DNA of 64,000 bases from Balanoglossus misakiensis. Taxonomy: Eukaryota > Animalia > Hemichordata. Below are positions 37,701-49,600 of the stretch, in pieces (position 1 is the first letter of the stretch; each line of letters begins with the position of its first letter). Location: contig CM082593.2 in assembly GCA_040954595.2 (NCBI GenBank), positions 6,727,579-6,791,578 of the forward strand, written 5' to 3'. The translations under genes and the position numbers were made by a program. The notes under the pieces were generated by a model, which did not search any database, was not told the origin of the DNA, and worked only from the letters and a program-made list of their open reading frames with translations.

Positions 37701-39379
37701 TTGTTATAATTGAAAATAAAATTATAGGAAACGGGTAACAGTGTGTATCATGTACTATGGAGTGTACCTGTTAAGATCTTCTAATTGACTGTAATCATTC
37801 AATGTAATCGATGTTTATTTCATCATTGCTTAAAATCAGCAGTGACATGTTGAACAAGTGGGTGATGATAAATGGATGCAGTTTGTAACCAAATGAAATG
37901 AACCCTCCAACACTCAGTTGTACGTATACATCAGGCATGTTTACCCCCTGTGACATATTCAAGCACTTATGTTCGTCTCTCTCCAGTTCTTTGCAATTCT
38001 CCGGCACTGTTTACATTCGCAGTTGGTGGAACACTTCCGATCGTGGCGAGCGTTGAACAAAGAACAAGACAGGCCATTAAAAATGTCTTGACAGTTACAT
38101 GCGAATATCACCGTTTATTTCAGCGAGGGTTTGCCGTATAACGACGGACAGTATCTGGGGGGAATGGAAGCGTTGTAATGTGCACAATTTGCTATTGCTG
38201 TGGTTTGACGCAAACTGAATTTGAAATCAACATCTTGGGGAAGAAAGCGCGATGACATTTTAAAGAACTGAAGAAAAAAAGAATTACAGTCAGGTGGTTT
38301 AGCTGAGCTTGGAAGAGAAGTGCTTTGGCGGCGTTTAGTAAAGGGAGACTCAGAGTTGCTAGTCGGTTAAATAATGAGATCTCTCGGGAGCAATTTTTGC
38401 CCGAGAAGTGCGGAGCTATAATCACCTGTAGTGGGCTTTAGGTACTGTTATTTACAGGCCCGGCTAAAGTGGTTGTATCCCGGCTTTTCTCGACCGGCAT
38501 CCAGGCAATTATCTCCCTGTTGTGCACGGTGAATTGGTTCTAACTGCAGCTCCTATGGGTCCAATAGCCGAGTCCTTGCAAGGGGGATAGACTGTAATAT
38601 TTCACACTGTCCGCAGTTTTCCGTTGAATCTTTGTCGGGCTGTGGAGGTTTTCTACGAATTCAGTTTGTGTGTGAGTGTCTTGTTTGTGGGGCTGTCGTT
38701 TGCTATCTGTGCTTTTCCAAGCCTCTTCCTGCCAGGGGTGTTACATACTGTGATACACCACCTTGCCTAGTGGTTAAAAAGCAGTCTTGGGCCATTTGTC
38801 TGTTTTAACCTACATGATTGTGTATTTTAAACGTCTTGGCATGGCTCATATACATCAAATATAATCCCAGGCACAGCTTGGCAGTTTAAAACCCTTACAA
38901 TAAAATGCAACAAATCTCACTGGTTTTCACTGATGTGTACCTGTGTGGTCTTATATAGGTCTACTGAGTAACACACACTTGGTAGGTTAACAGGCCTGGG
39001 TGATTATCTTTGCACTCCATTTTTGCTTGGATTTTATGTTTCCTCACACAAACGGCAGTTCACTGTTATTTGAGGAGTTCACATCATAAAATTTTATCTG
39101 AATAGTAGTACCAGGAGTAGGAAATTACGAACGTTTGGACGCAATCAATCATATGGTGCAAAAATAAAAAGGAAATAAAACATTCAGACTAATACATAAA
39201 AAATTTGGACTTTTCAATACTGTATAGCGGTTTCAGTATTTTTAATAGAAAGACTGCATTTTAACTGGAAAGGCTTAGGCTGGTGAATTTATATATCCAT
39301 CCATTAAAAAACAGAACTGTCAATCAAATGTATGTCTCCACTTGGCTTTTTCTTTCCAGTCCAACAGGAATGTTCAGTG

Positions 39380-39431
<52 letters not shown>

Positions 39432-39568
39432 TGTGGTGGTGGTGATGATGATGATGATGATGATGATGGCGATGACGATGACGATGATGATAGTGATGGT
39501 GGTAGTGATGGTGGTAGTGGTGATGAGGATGATGGTAATGATAGTGATGATGATGATGGTTGTGATGA
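39380..39568. repeat. Compound (GAT)n/(GGT)n trinucleotide microsatellite
   Basis: Explains the poly-M/V, poly-D/G and poly-S ORFs. Confidence 0.96.
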
Positions 39569-39658
39569 CAGGAGTATCAATAGTATCTTTTGAAGGAACA
39601 TTTATTAATGTCTTATCACATAGGAAAATAATTTAATAAACATGAAGATCAACAATAA

Positions 39659-42600
39659 AATATAGCTGCAAGCAGCAATAGCGGGCCCAAGCCAACATGC
39701 ACATAGCAACATAGCAATAAGCATCTCTGCTCTTGGTGCCAAGATATGGTAAAGTAGGTCAAAGGTCAACTGAGGTCATGTTATATTTGGGCAAGAAATT
39801 TTTACCGTATACTGGTCCATGTTCAACAAAAACCAAACCTATAGCCCTATTGGTTACCCTGGAATTAGGTATGCACATAATTAATGAGATATGCAGGTGT
39901 CACAGGTGACCCCCAATTTTGGATTTTCACTTTCAGTCCTAACCCTCCAAACGCCAAGTTTGTACCTGCTCTGGATGCCAAGATATGGTAAAGTAGGTCA
40001 AAGGTCACCTGAGGTCATGCAAAATGTGGGCAAGAAATTTTGACCCTATACTGGTCCATCTTCAACAAAAACCAAACCTATAGCCCTATTGGTTAGCCTG
40101 GAATTAGGTATGCACATAATTAATGAGGTAGGCAGGTGTCACAGGTGACCCCCAATTTTGGCTTTTCAATTTTAGTCCCAACCCTCCAAACGCCAAGTCT
40201 GTACCTGCTCTGGATGCCAAGATCTGGTAAAGTAGGTCAAAGGTCACCTGAGGTCATGCAAAATTTGGGCAAGAAATTTTGACCCTATACTGGTCCATGT
40301 TAAGCAAAAACTAAACCTATAGCCCTATTGGTTAGCCTGGAATTGGGTATGCACATAATTAATAAGGTAGGCAGGTGTCACAGGTGACCCCCAATTTTGG
40401 CTTTTCAATTTTAGTCCCAACCCTCCAAACACCAAGTCTGTACTTGCTCTGGATGCCAAGATCTGGTAAAGTAGGTCAAAGGTCACCTGAGGTCATGCAA
40501 AATTTTGGCAAGAAATGTTGACCCTATACTGGTCCATATCCAACAAGAACGAAACCTCTAGCCCTCTTAGTTAGCCCAGAATTAGGTATGCACATAATTA
40601 ATGAGTTAAGCAGGTGTTACAGGTGAGCCCAAAATTTTGCCTGTTATTTTGGTCCCATTGTGCTCACTGCCCAATACACAGTCACTGTACAGGACCGTTG
40701 CACAGACCAGAATTCCACATTAAGACGTGTAGTGTTCATAGCTTAACTATAGAGGTATAAGTAAAAAGGTATAATTTTAATTTTAAAAATTAATATAAAA
40801 AAATCGGTCGATTTTTCATATTATTTTTTTTCGCTTAAAATGATTGACAAATGCTAGGCTAGCTGCACACCAAAGTTTGAGATGATCAGCCTAACAGATT
40901 TTGAGATATGTATGCATATTTATCCAAAATAATATGTGGTCATAGCTTTACTATGTAAAGTATAGGCCGATGGCTTGGGCGAAAAATATGAAAAATAATA
41001 CTTAAAAATCTTCTCCTCAAAATTGACATGGCCTATGGCCTTGACATTTGGCATGTAGAACCCTGGCCATATGGTCCATAAAGTATCTGAACAGAATTTT
41101 GATATCTCAATTCATATGCAAATTAGGGCGATTTGAAAATTTTGCCCATATATGGTCATCAGGTCACGTGACTAATTAAACATTCACGAGGGTACTGCAC
41201 CAGCTCTCATTGGCCTGCACCATTGTGCTAAGTTTGAAATTGGTAGGTTCAGCCGTTCTCCAGATCTAGCTGGACAAAAAAACGACACAAGAAGAAGAAG
41301 AAGAAGAAGAAGAATATAGCTGCAAGCAGCGATGACGGGCCCAAGCTTAAGCCGAAGGTCAAAGGTCATATGTCATCACCCAAAAGTTGGGCAAGAAATT
41401 TTGACCCCATACTGGTCCATGTTCAACAAAAATCAAACCTCTAACCCTATTGGTTAGTCTGGAATAAGGTATGCACATAATTAATGAGTTCAGCAGGTGT
41501 TACAGGTGACTTAATAATTTCACTTTTCATTTTCAACCCATCCCTCCAAACGCCAAGGCTGTACTTGCTCTGGATGCTGAGATATGGTTAAGTAGGTCAA
41601 AGGTCACCTGAGGTCACCCAAAATTTGGGCAAGAAATTTTGACCCTATACTGGTCCATGTCCAATAAGAACAAAACCTGTAGCCCTATTAGTTATCCCTG
41701 AATTAGGTATGCACATAATTAATGAGATAAGCAGGTGTCACAGGTGACCCCCAATTTTGGCTTTTCAATTTTAGTCCCAACCCTCCAAACGCCAAGTCTG
41801 TACCTGCTCTGAATGCAGAGATATAGGAAAGTAGGTCAAAGGTCACCTGAGGTCACCCAAAATTTGGGCAAACTTTTTTTGACCCCATACTTGTCCATGT
41901 TCCACAAGAACAAACCCTCTAGCCCTAATAGTTAGCCGAAAATTAGGTATGCACATAATTAATGAGATAAGCAGGTGCCACAGGTGACCCCCAATTTTGG
42001 CTTTTTAATTTTAGTCCCAACCATCCAAACGCCAAGTCTGTACCTACTCTGAATGCAGAGATATAGGAAAGTAGGTCAAAGGTCACCTGAGGTCACCCAA
42101 AATTTTGGCGAAATTTTTTGACCCCATACTGATCCATGTTCCACAAGAACAAAACCTCTAGCCCTAATAGTTAGCCCAAAATTAGGTATGCACATAATTA
42201 ATGAGTTAAGCAGGTGTTACAGGTGAGCCAAAAATTTTGCCTTTTATTTTGGTCCCATTCTGCTTACAGGCCAATAGACAGTCACTGTACAGGACCATTG
42301 CACAGACGTGGACATAGCGTCATAGCTTAACTATACAGTATAGGCCCTTGGCTTAGTCCAAAAATATGAAAAACTAATAATATTTAAAAGTCTTCTTCTC
42401 AAAATAGACTTGGCCCACGGCCTTGATATTTGGTATGTTGGACACTGACCACATGGTCCACAAAGTATCCTAACAGAATTTTGATATCTCCATTCATATG
42501 CAAATTAGGCCCATTTGAAAACTTTCCCCATATATGGTCATCAGGTCACATGACTAATTAAACATTCACAAGGGTACTGCACCAGCTCTCATAGGCCTGC

Positions 42601-42805
42601 ACCATTTTGCCAAGTTTGAAATTTGAAGGTTCAGCCGTTTTCAAGATCCTATTGGCCGAAAAAACTACACAAGAAAAAAAAGAAGAAAAACCAGGATAAT
42701 ACCAATAGGGCCCAAGCGCTGCATGCGCTTGGGCCCTAAAGAAGAAGTAGAAGAAAAATCCCAGTAATACCAATAGGGCCCAAGCCTGCTGGGCTTGGGC
42801 CCTAA
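39659..42805 (-). mobile_element. Outer non-autonomous Helentron/HINE-like element (interrupted by the inner copy)
   Basis: One end: GCTGC-AA-GCAGC hairpin plus GGGCCCAAGC. Other end: 13-bp inverted repeat (42774-42786/42792-42804). Contains ~3.8 x 239-bp tandem units and an (AAG)n tract; ends in AA with no target-site duplication. Confidence 0.8.
41313..42739 (-). mobile_element. Inner HINE-like element inserted in the (AAG)n tract of the outer one
   Basis: Same termini (tatagctgcaagcagc...gggcccaagc; 14-bp inverted repeat 42706-42719/42725-42738) and ~3.7 x 239/240-bp units. Confidence 0.82.
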
Positions 42806-45092
42806 CAAGAGAAAAAGTGTGAGAAAATCATAAGATGAAAATGACGTAAACTATCCATTATTTTATTCTTGCACAGTCAATGACTGTTTTGTTTACAGTT
42901 GGCTGTTTTTGCAAGCTTCCAAATTTTCCACACCCAGATTCCTTGCCTGTAAAATGTTGCTTGTAGCTCACTATCTATTGATCAGTAAAAATTCCAAGAG
43001 GGCTGGCATACATATGAAATATACCCAGTGTAACTTGAGGTTATTGGCACGTCTGTCTTCAAAATGGCTGCCAGGAGTGTAATGGCAATATTGAACATGT
43101 ACAAAAAAATCTATATTTCCAAGGTAACAACTGCAGTAACAATTGGTATGTCAAAACCAAGTAGTTATAAACCCTACTACAGTGAAGTTTGTGTCCAGTA
43201 TCAGCTGGAGAACGCCCCAGCCAAGTTATTAGCCTTCTCTTGAAATGTAGCGAAAGCTAATGTACCGGTACTGTCATAATACCCCTGTTGAGTGATATCC
43301 CCAACGCAGCCATTTAATATTTCCATAGTGCTTTCACATATAGGTCTCCCATTCGATAGTGTTTACTAAAATTGTCATATTAGAAGTAATTTGCTGAATG
43401 TACTGATATGTTTTACATGCTTTAAAAGTAGATTTCGGTTGTCTTTAATGTAATTACGCGGCTGATATGTACGACCGCTGGGAGTTGGCTGGTCCTCTAT
43501 CACAAATCGTTTTCTGATTTGACGAGTTAAAGGTCTCGTGTCAGAAAGTGTACAGATGCATCATGGAATAGCTGAGTGTTTTGGATTGTACAACAAATAT
43601 ATTTCACAGGCAGATGTGTGGCTGCTGGCTTTAAATTATCAAAATGTCTAACACAAGTCAAACGAAGGTCAAAGGAAGGTCACTGCCTTAAAAATTTTGG
43701 GTGTGTACATACAGTACTCAAATTGAATTGTATTCATATCAGTTTGATCAATAATGAATAAACAGTGTCTTCGTTTCTTGTAGAAGAAATTATACTTCTT
43801 ATAGCACTAGAACTCTCCCGGTTATTTCAGATTTACTGAATTCCTTCTGTGTTAGTATTAACTTTTCTAATAATACAGACAAACTTCCTGATTTTCTAGC
43901 GGGAAGCCAATGAACTGATATTAATAATATAGCCTTGTCAGATTATAGCGTTCATTTTTGGTAAGTGACTTATTACTTGAAATTAAGAAAACTTGGAAAT
44001 TCCTACCAAGATTTAGTAATTATTTTTTTTTATTCAGTGAATGAAATTGTCCTTCAACTATATGGTGAGAGCATAAGTATATTCCACCAACACTGCTTGT
44101 GTATGTTAAAAAATATTTCCATCTGTGTGAATGAAAAAAAGGCTTTATTATCTCTTCCTTAATGAACACAGATAATTATGAAAATCTATTGAAAGAGTTT
44201 TTTATTCTGCGGTTCTTTTTTTCCGGAAATGTAGACAAGAATGGAAGGGCTGTGGGTCTTCCGGCGTTCAAAGGAATCGCATCCAGCGAGGAGCAGATGC
44301 AGGAAGTCAGTTTCGTATTTCCGCGAAAACGCACGTTCAAATTTGATGCTACAGAGACGCTCGTTTCCGAATTCTGATTTTGCAGTTCTGTAAATGAGGC
44401 TGCAATATCAGCTTCGTTTTAAGAGATGCGACTGGAGTAATATTGGCTACTTGACATTTTGTCCCGCGTATGTCAGCAATATGCAACAGTTTTCCCATCT
44501 GCTGACAGCAAATTGCTCTTTAAATAAATAATCCACTCCAATTACACCATGTTGTCATGGCTGCGAGATAAACTTAAAAATATTTAAAAATTCATGAAAT
44601 GTTTAACATTTTGGATGATGTGTTTATCTTATGATAATATGAGTTTTTTAGGTAATTATAACCATGGAAGAGTGAGTGATTTTGACAATTTGAAATAAGA
44701 TAGGCCAATGTGAAAATTTGACATTTTGATGTAAAATAGGCTAATGTTTTATGTATGTGTTATATTTGCCATGAAATGCCATTTATAAGGCTTTCCAATT
44801 TGTTAACGATACTAACTAGTCATGAAGACTATGAGCCCATCAAAGGAGAAGATTCACCCAACTGGAAAAATGTGCTGATATAATTTGCAAAGGCTGGCAT
44901 TATGAAAGCAAGGCTTGTGTTCATCTAGAACATTCAAATGAACCTGCCGGCACACTCCATTGACAGTGAAACAGAAGAATACACTTCTGACAGGAAAATC
45001 TTTGACCCTCGAGCAAATTAAGCCATGGAGATGTTTAAATATCAGAAAACAAATACAGTATTTGACAGCTCTGTTTCGTGTACTTGGTCGGA

Positions 45093-45270
45093 TTAAAGGA
45101 ATATGGTCACCTCTTTTATAATTTACATCAAAATGGTGTGACTAAGTCTTTGGGTGACCATGTGGCGCACACATTTTTCTCATCTGCCACCTGAAAATCT
45201 GTGATTGGCTATATATCAATTTTCCATGACAACAGTGGTTAAATTTGCATAGGTGACCGCATACCTTTAA
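45093..45270. mobile_element. TTAA-flanked (Kolobok-like) MITE, family 2 copy 2
   Basis: TTAAAGGAATATGGTCACCT...AGGTGACCGCATACCTTTAA: 20-nt inverted ends with 3 mismatches, TTAA on both sides. Confidence 0.75.
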
Positions 45271-45795
45271 TTTAAGAAATCACTAATGTAAATATAGGTA
45301 AATTGGTGGTTATAGTCAGTCAACAAGATATTGGGAAAACATGCTCATGTTAGTCTTCTACACTACCATGGTGATATTCATTGAGCATGCCAAAATCTTG
45401 GAAAGTTGTATGATAATGAGGAGACATGGTTAATCTAACGGATGACATTTAGGAAAGCTCACGAACGCCACGCATGATGTCTAAATGAGGGTATTGTTAT
45501 GTGGAAATGTCAGATCGTCGCATCTGCAAAACTACCTGTATATACGTGTAGCAAATTGGATTTTGTAAATACATTCCAGGCTAGGGGCCTCGTCGAAATC
45601 GCATCAGCTGCTGGGATTGAGTTAATGAATTAGATTACCCAAGGTGCACAGCGTCACGTTCCGTGCCGTTTTGGCTTCGGCTAACAGTTACCCGCTTTGA
45701 CGTTGGCGGGAAATTGTGCAACGGAGAGGATTAATTTCGCTTCTGTTCAGACAGGGTGCGGTTTATTTCAAAGAATGTTGTTGTTATCGGGATAC

Positions 45796-45887
45796 CTTGC
45801 CCTTTCACCAACATGGTTTCGTCCAAATCTATTGTTTTCTATGGTAACGTTGGACCTCGATTGAGGGAATGGGGGTGAAAGGGTTAC
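45796..45887. mobile_element. ~93-bp piggyBac-like MITE, family 1 copy 4
   Basis: CCCTTTCACC...GGTGAAAGGG-TTAC, same core. Confidence 0.75.
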
Positions 45888-46370
45888 ATTGAAAATACCT
45901 TGTTCCATTTCATATTTTCCAAAGAGATGTTATTACAACTGTACTTGAAAACTCAGAAAAGATTGATTAAAAATTGTATTAAAATCATCTCTTCTCTGTA
46001 AATGAATGAATTCATGAAAATAGCCTCAAGCTGCAGGGACATGTATAATACGAATTTTGCTAGAAATATTGATTCATATTTTTATCAGAGTTACTGACTT
46101 GGTGAATGCCAATCATAAAATGTACATTTTTATGACTGATTGCAAGGGAAAGTCATTTTCAGCTATGATACAGTATAGTTTAACGTAGCTAGCTGTAACA
46201 GTTGAAATACTTAAAAGGCTTCATTAAAGGCCAATAGTATTGAATCAGGGCAATTGTTCTTGACCCCATGGCCTTTTACTGGAAACAAACTTGAATTGTG
46301 AGTAAAAGGATTTTTTGCTATCCGTGATGAATAAATTAAGGCAAGTATTCATATTTTAATCTTTGATGGC

Positions 46371-46620
46371 TTCTGATTGGCCAAAAAATTAATGGGTGGT
46401 TCTGATTGATCACAGCATAAAATGCTCATGATGTATAATTTGAAAGTATACCCATCCTATGTGATGATTGGTTTACAAACATCATGGTTTCTGATTGGTC
46501 ACCATGTGATGATTGGTTTTCAAACATGCTTTCTGATTGGTCAAAAACCGATGGACAGTTCTGATTGGTTACAGCATGGTGGTCAGAAACTATGGTATAA
46601 GGGTGATTCTGGTTGGTCAC
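46371..46620. repeat. Cluster of ~8 (tt)ctgattgg/gatgattgg CCAAT-type motifs
   Basis: Motifs near 46371, 46399, 46463, 46488, 46508, 46531, 46559 and 46607 (two imperfect). Confidence 0.7.
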
Positions 46621-49600
46621 TGCGCAAGTCACATATTGAAGAACACTTCAAATTTCTGAGTCAGTTTACAGTTTACACGGTGCTTCATGGTTGTGTGACA
46701 AAATTGAATTATAGCCACAAAGGTTCGTTCGTTCGTTTCCACACTGTGCTGTCAAATCATGGTGTGTAATTATCAAAGTCTTCACAACGATGTAAATTTT
46801 TACCAACGAAAATCATTTTCTCTGTATAGCTTTAATATGAAAAAGAATTCATGCTTGGCTTTCTGGGGTAATTGGAACATCCTGCATTTTCTGGCAAGGC
46901 TTTGAAATCTTTGATTGGTAAAATGTGAAGTCTGTTTTGCCTGACGTCTAATTGGGTTATGTGGTGGAATTACTGGGTCTTCCCTTTCTCTGTGCGATTA
47001 CACCTGAACAATAGTTACTGATGTAAACTCAACGTTGCTGCTTACAGTTGCCAGAGTCTCTATAGAAGGAACCCCCAAAGTAAGACACACAAAGGAATTG
47101 GATATCATTTTTCAGTCAAAGTTTCTTAAAACTCCTTGTATTGGAACCTGAAGCTGAACTCTGGAGAAATCAGAAACATTGTCCATTACAAAACGGTCTC
47201 CTGTCTCTTGTGTGCATGTCGGTGTTTACCGTTTATTCATTTTGGCGAGATTTTTACTCTCGTATCCCACAGACGGGATGGAAGTTGTGTGTTGTTGAAC
47301 ATTGATTCACGATATATCCACATGCAGAATAACATAAATGGTGTCTTGCATCAAACATTGTTAATGGAAAAAGGGCAACGAGAGAGAGACTTTGTCCCTT
47401 CAACTCTTCTCCTACTTTGCAAAAAAAAATCGTCTGGTACCGATATTCTGAAGTGATGAATTTGAACATCAGACCCGTCTTGATAATGAACAATAAGGTG
47501 GACACAAGGGCTAAGTACCTGCGGGTAGGGGATCAGTTTGAGTTACCAACACCATAAAATGATCGACTCGATGGAAAACAACTGAAGCCTATCTAAGAAA
47601 CAGTTTCGCTTGATCTGTCGCAGAAAGCCTCAAGCAAAAAATAAAAAAAAGGCGGGATGTCACAGCGAGCGCGTCTAAACTTGTGCGTGACTGCATGCTT
47701 GCTTTGCCTAAGGGCATGTGCGAAATTGCACTTGTAGAAACACAACATTTAATTCACACTGGGGTTAAAATTCATCCCTGGCGTAAAACGACTGGAAAAA
47801 ACTGCCTGGAGACGAGAGAGAATTTTCAATTCACTTGCGCAACCTTTCCCTGTTTTTGACTAAACGTCTCGCACGCCCAGCCTTCCCTACGGACATTTGA
47901 GTGTTAACGGATATCTACGACTGCTTATGAAAGGGATGTAAGCAAACTTCGTAAACTTTTCAGTCGTCAACTTTTGACCCCCCTCTTTCACCCTGGACGC
48001 TTTTTATAAAAAGGACACTGACCCTCACCAGTAAGTGAGTTAGATTCGAATTCCACACTGCCAATGTGAGGTTACTGGGTGGAGTATTTCAGCCAAATAT
48101 AACCTTGTTTACCAATACAGAACCATGGAATCTGAGCGTCAAAAATCTCGAGGAAGGACTGAGAAATACCAAGGTAGACTTTTCTCATGTTGAGGGCTGC
48201 CCCTCTTATCCTCAAGTTGTCCACGAGAATGCTTCAAGCACACACTTTTAAGTCGTGTAAGTTCTTCTCATGTTGCATACAGTAGTTGTGAGATCATGAG
48301 AGGGCTAAGCTCCATTTTGTTGGTTTTCAATTATGACTACTGGAAAATAAATGCTAAAAGCCTTAAACCAAGTGAATTTAAGTCTTGACTTGAATTAGAA
48401 TTAATTTGTCAACAATAACAATATTTTTAAATAGTCTAGACTTTGAATTCATTTGTCAACAATAACAGTGTTTGTTGTACAGGCTGTGTTGACAAACACT
48501 AATCGGCATGTTAGCATGCTGTCTGATCAGACTGTCAGTCAGTGAATATAGGGTTCTTAATGGCCAAGCTCCAAAGGAAGGAAATGTGATGTTACGGATA
48601 TATCCATATAGGGATTTGTAGCTTGTGTATATTATAAGATACGATCGAACCATTGAAATTTAGAATCTGTTTGCTGTGGCATTTTCTGTTGGCGTGTACG
48701 CGAAGGCTGTTAAAACTGCTGTTTGCCAAAACTACCCATCACTTTACATGCACCAGTGTAATCGTCTTACTGATTATTATCACACCGTGTTTATTACATG
48801 TCAGTTTTTTTCGCAAAACTGATGTGCTATCGCCATCTCTGAAGGTTTCAGCTTGTTCCATCAGTATAAGCTTGGTATTCCATGCGTCATCTGCACCCTA
48901 GTTAACACCAGGCACATGAGGCAGTAGACCGAAAATCGATTGTCAACTCGCGAACCATCAATCAATCTTAACACGTCGCCACAAGTAAATAGAAACTCCC
49001 TACAGGTAAAAACAGAATACACAACCAATCATTATCAGTAAAAATAGCCTGGTATGATCTCGGGCAAATTAAAGTCACTGTATTTTGGGGGGCTGATGGC
49101 TGGAGTGATATATTGGCCAGTAAAGATCCCGACAAGGACGACGGACGTACAGACTGCATCCTCCCAATAACATCACTCCGACTCAAAATATCATACTGTG
49201 ACTTCGACCCATAGTCGCATCGCGTATTGAGATCTTACCACAACCGATCAAGGAAACAAAAGAAGGCAGTACCATTGCCAAATATCTTGTGGCCAGAGGA
49301 AAATTTCTTTTAAATGTGATCACATCTTCGCTTGCCATTATCTTGTCTTGTCAATGTTTTGCCCAGAGTTATTTATTTGTTTGTTTGTTTGTTTATTCAC
49401 TCATGAAATATATAAACTAACATTAATACAGACTTTGACAACACTGAATGGAAAGGAGAAATAAAGAATGCTGCAAAGGAGACTAAAAGAAAGCGAAATG
49501 TAAAAAAATGACGCTATATTTCTAACTCCCATTTCCATTAGAAACTCAGGGATAATAAGTTGTACAGAACAGTGTCCGAAATGATCAATCTTGGGAAGAT

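Noticed and set aside
39283-39636. Poly-Met/Val, poly-Asp and poly-Ser ORFs
   Set aside because: Frames of the (GAT)/(GGT) microsatellite; no splice or homology support.
39659-42805. LTR element or simple tandem duplication
   Set aside because: No TG..CA long terminal repeats or coding remnants; the order of termini fits nesting.
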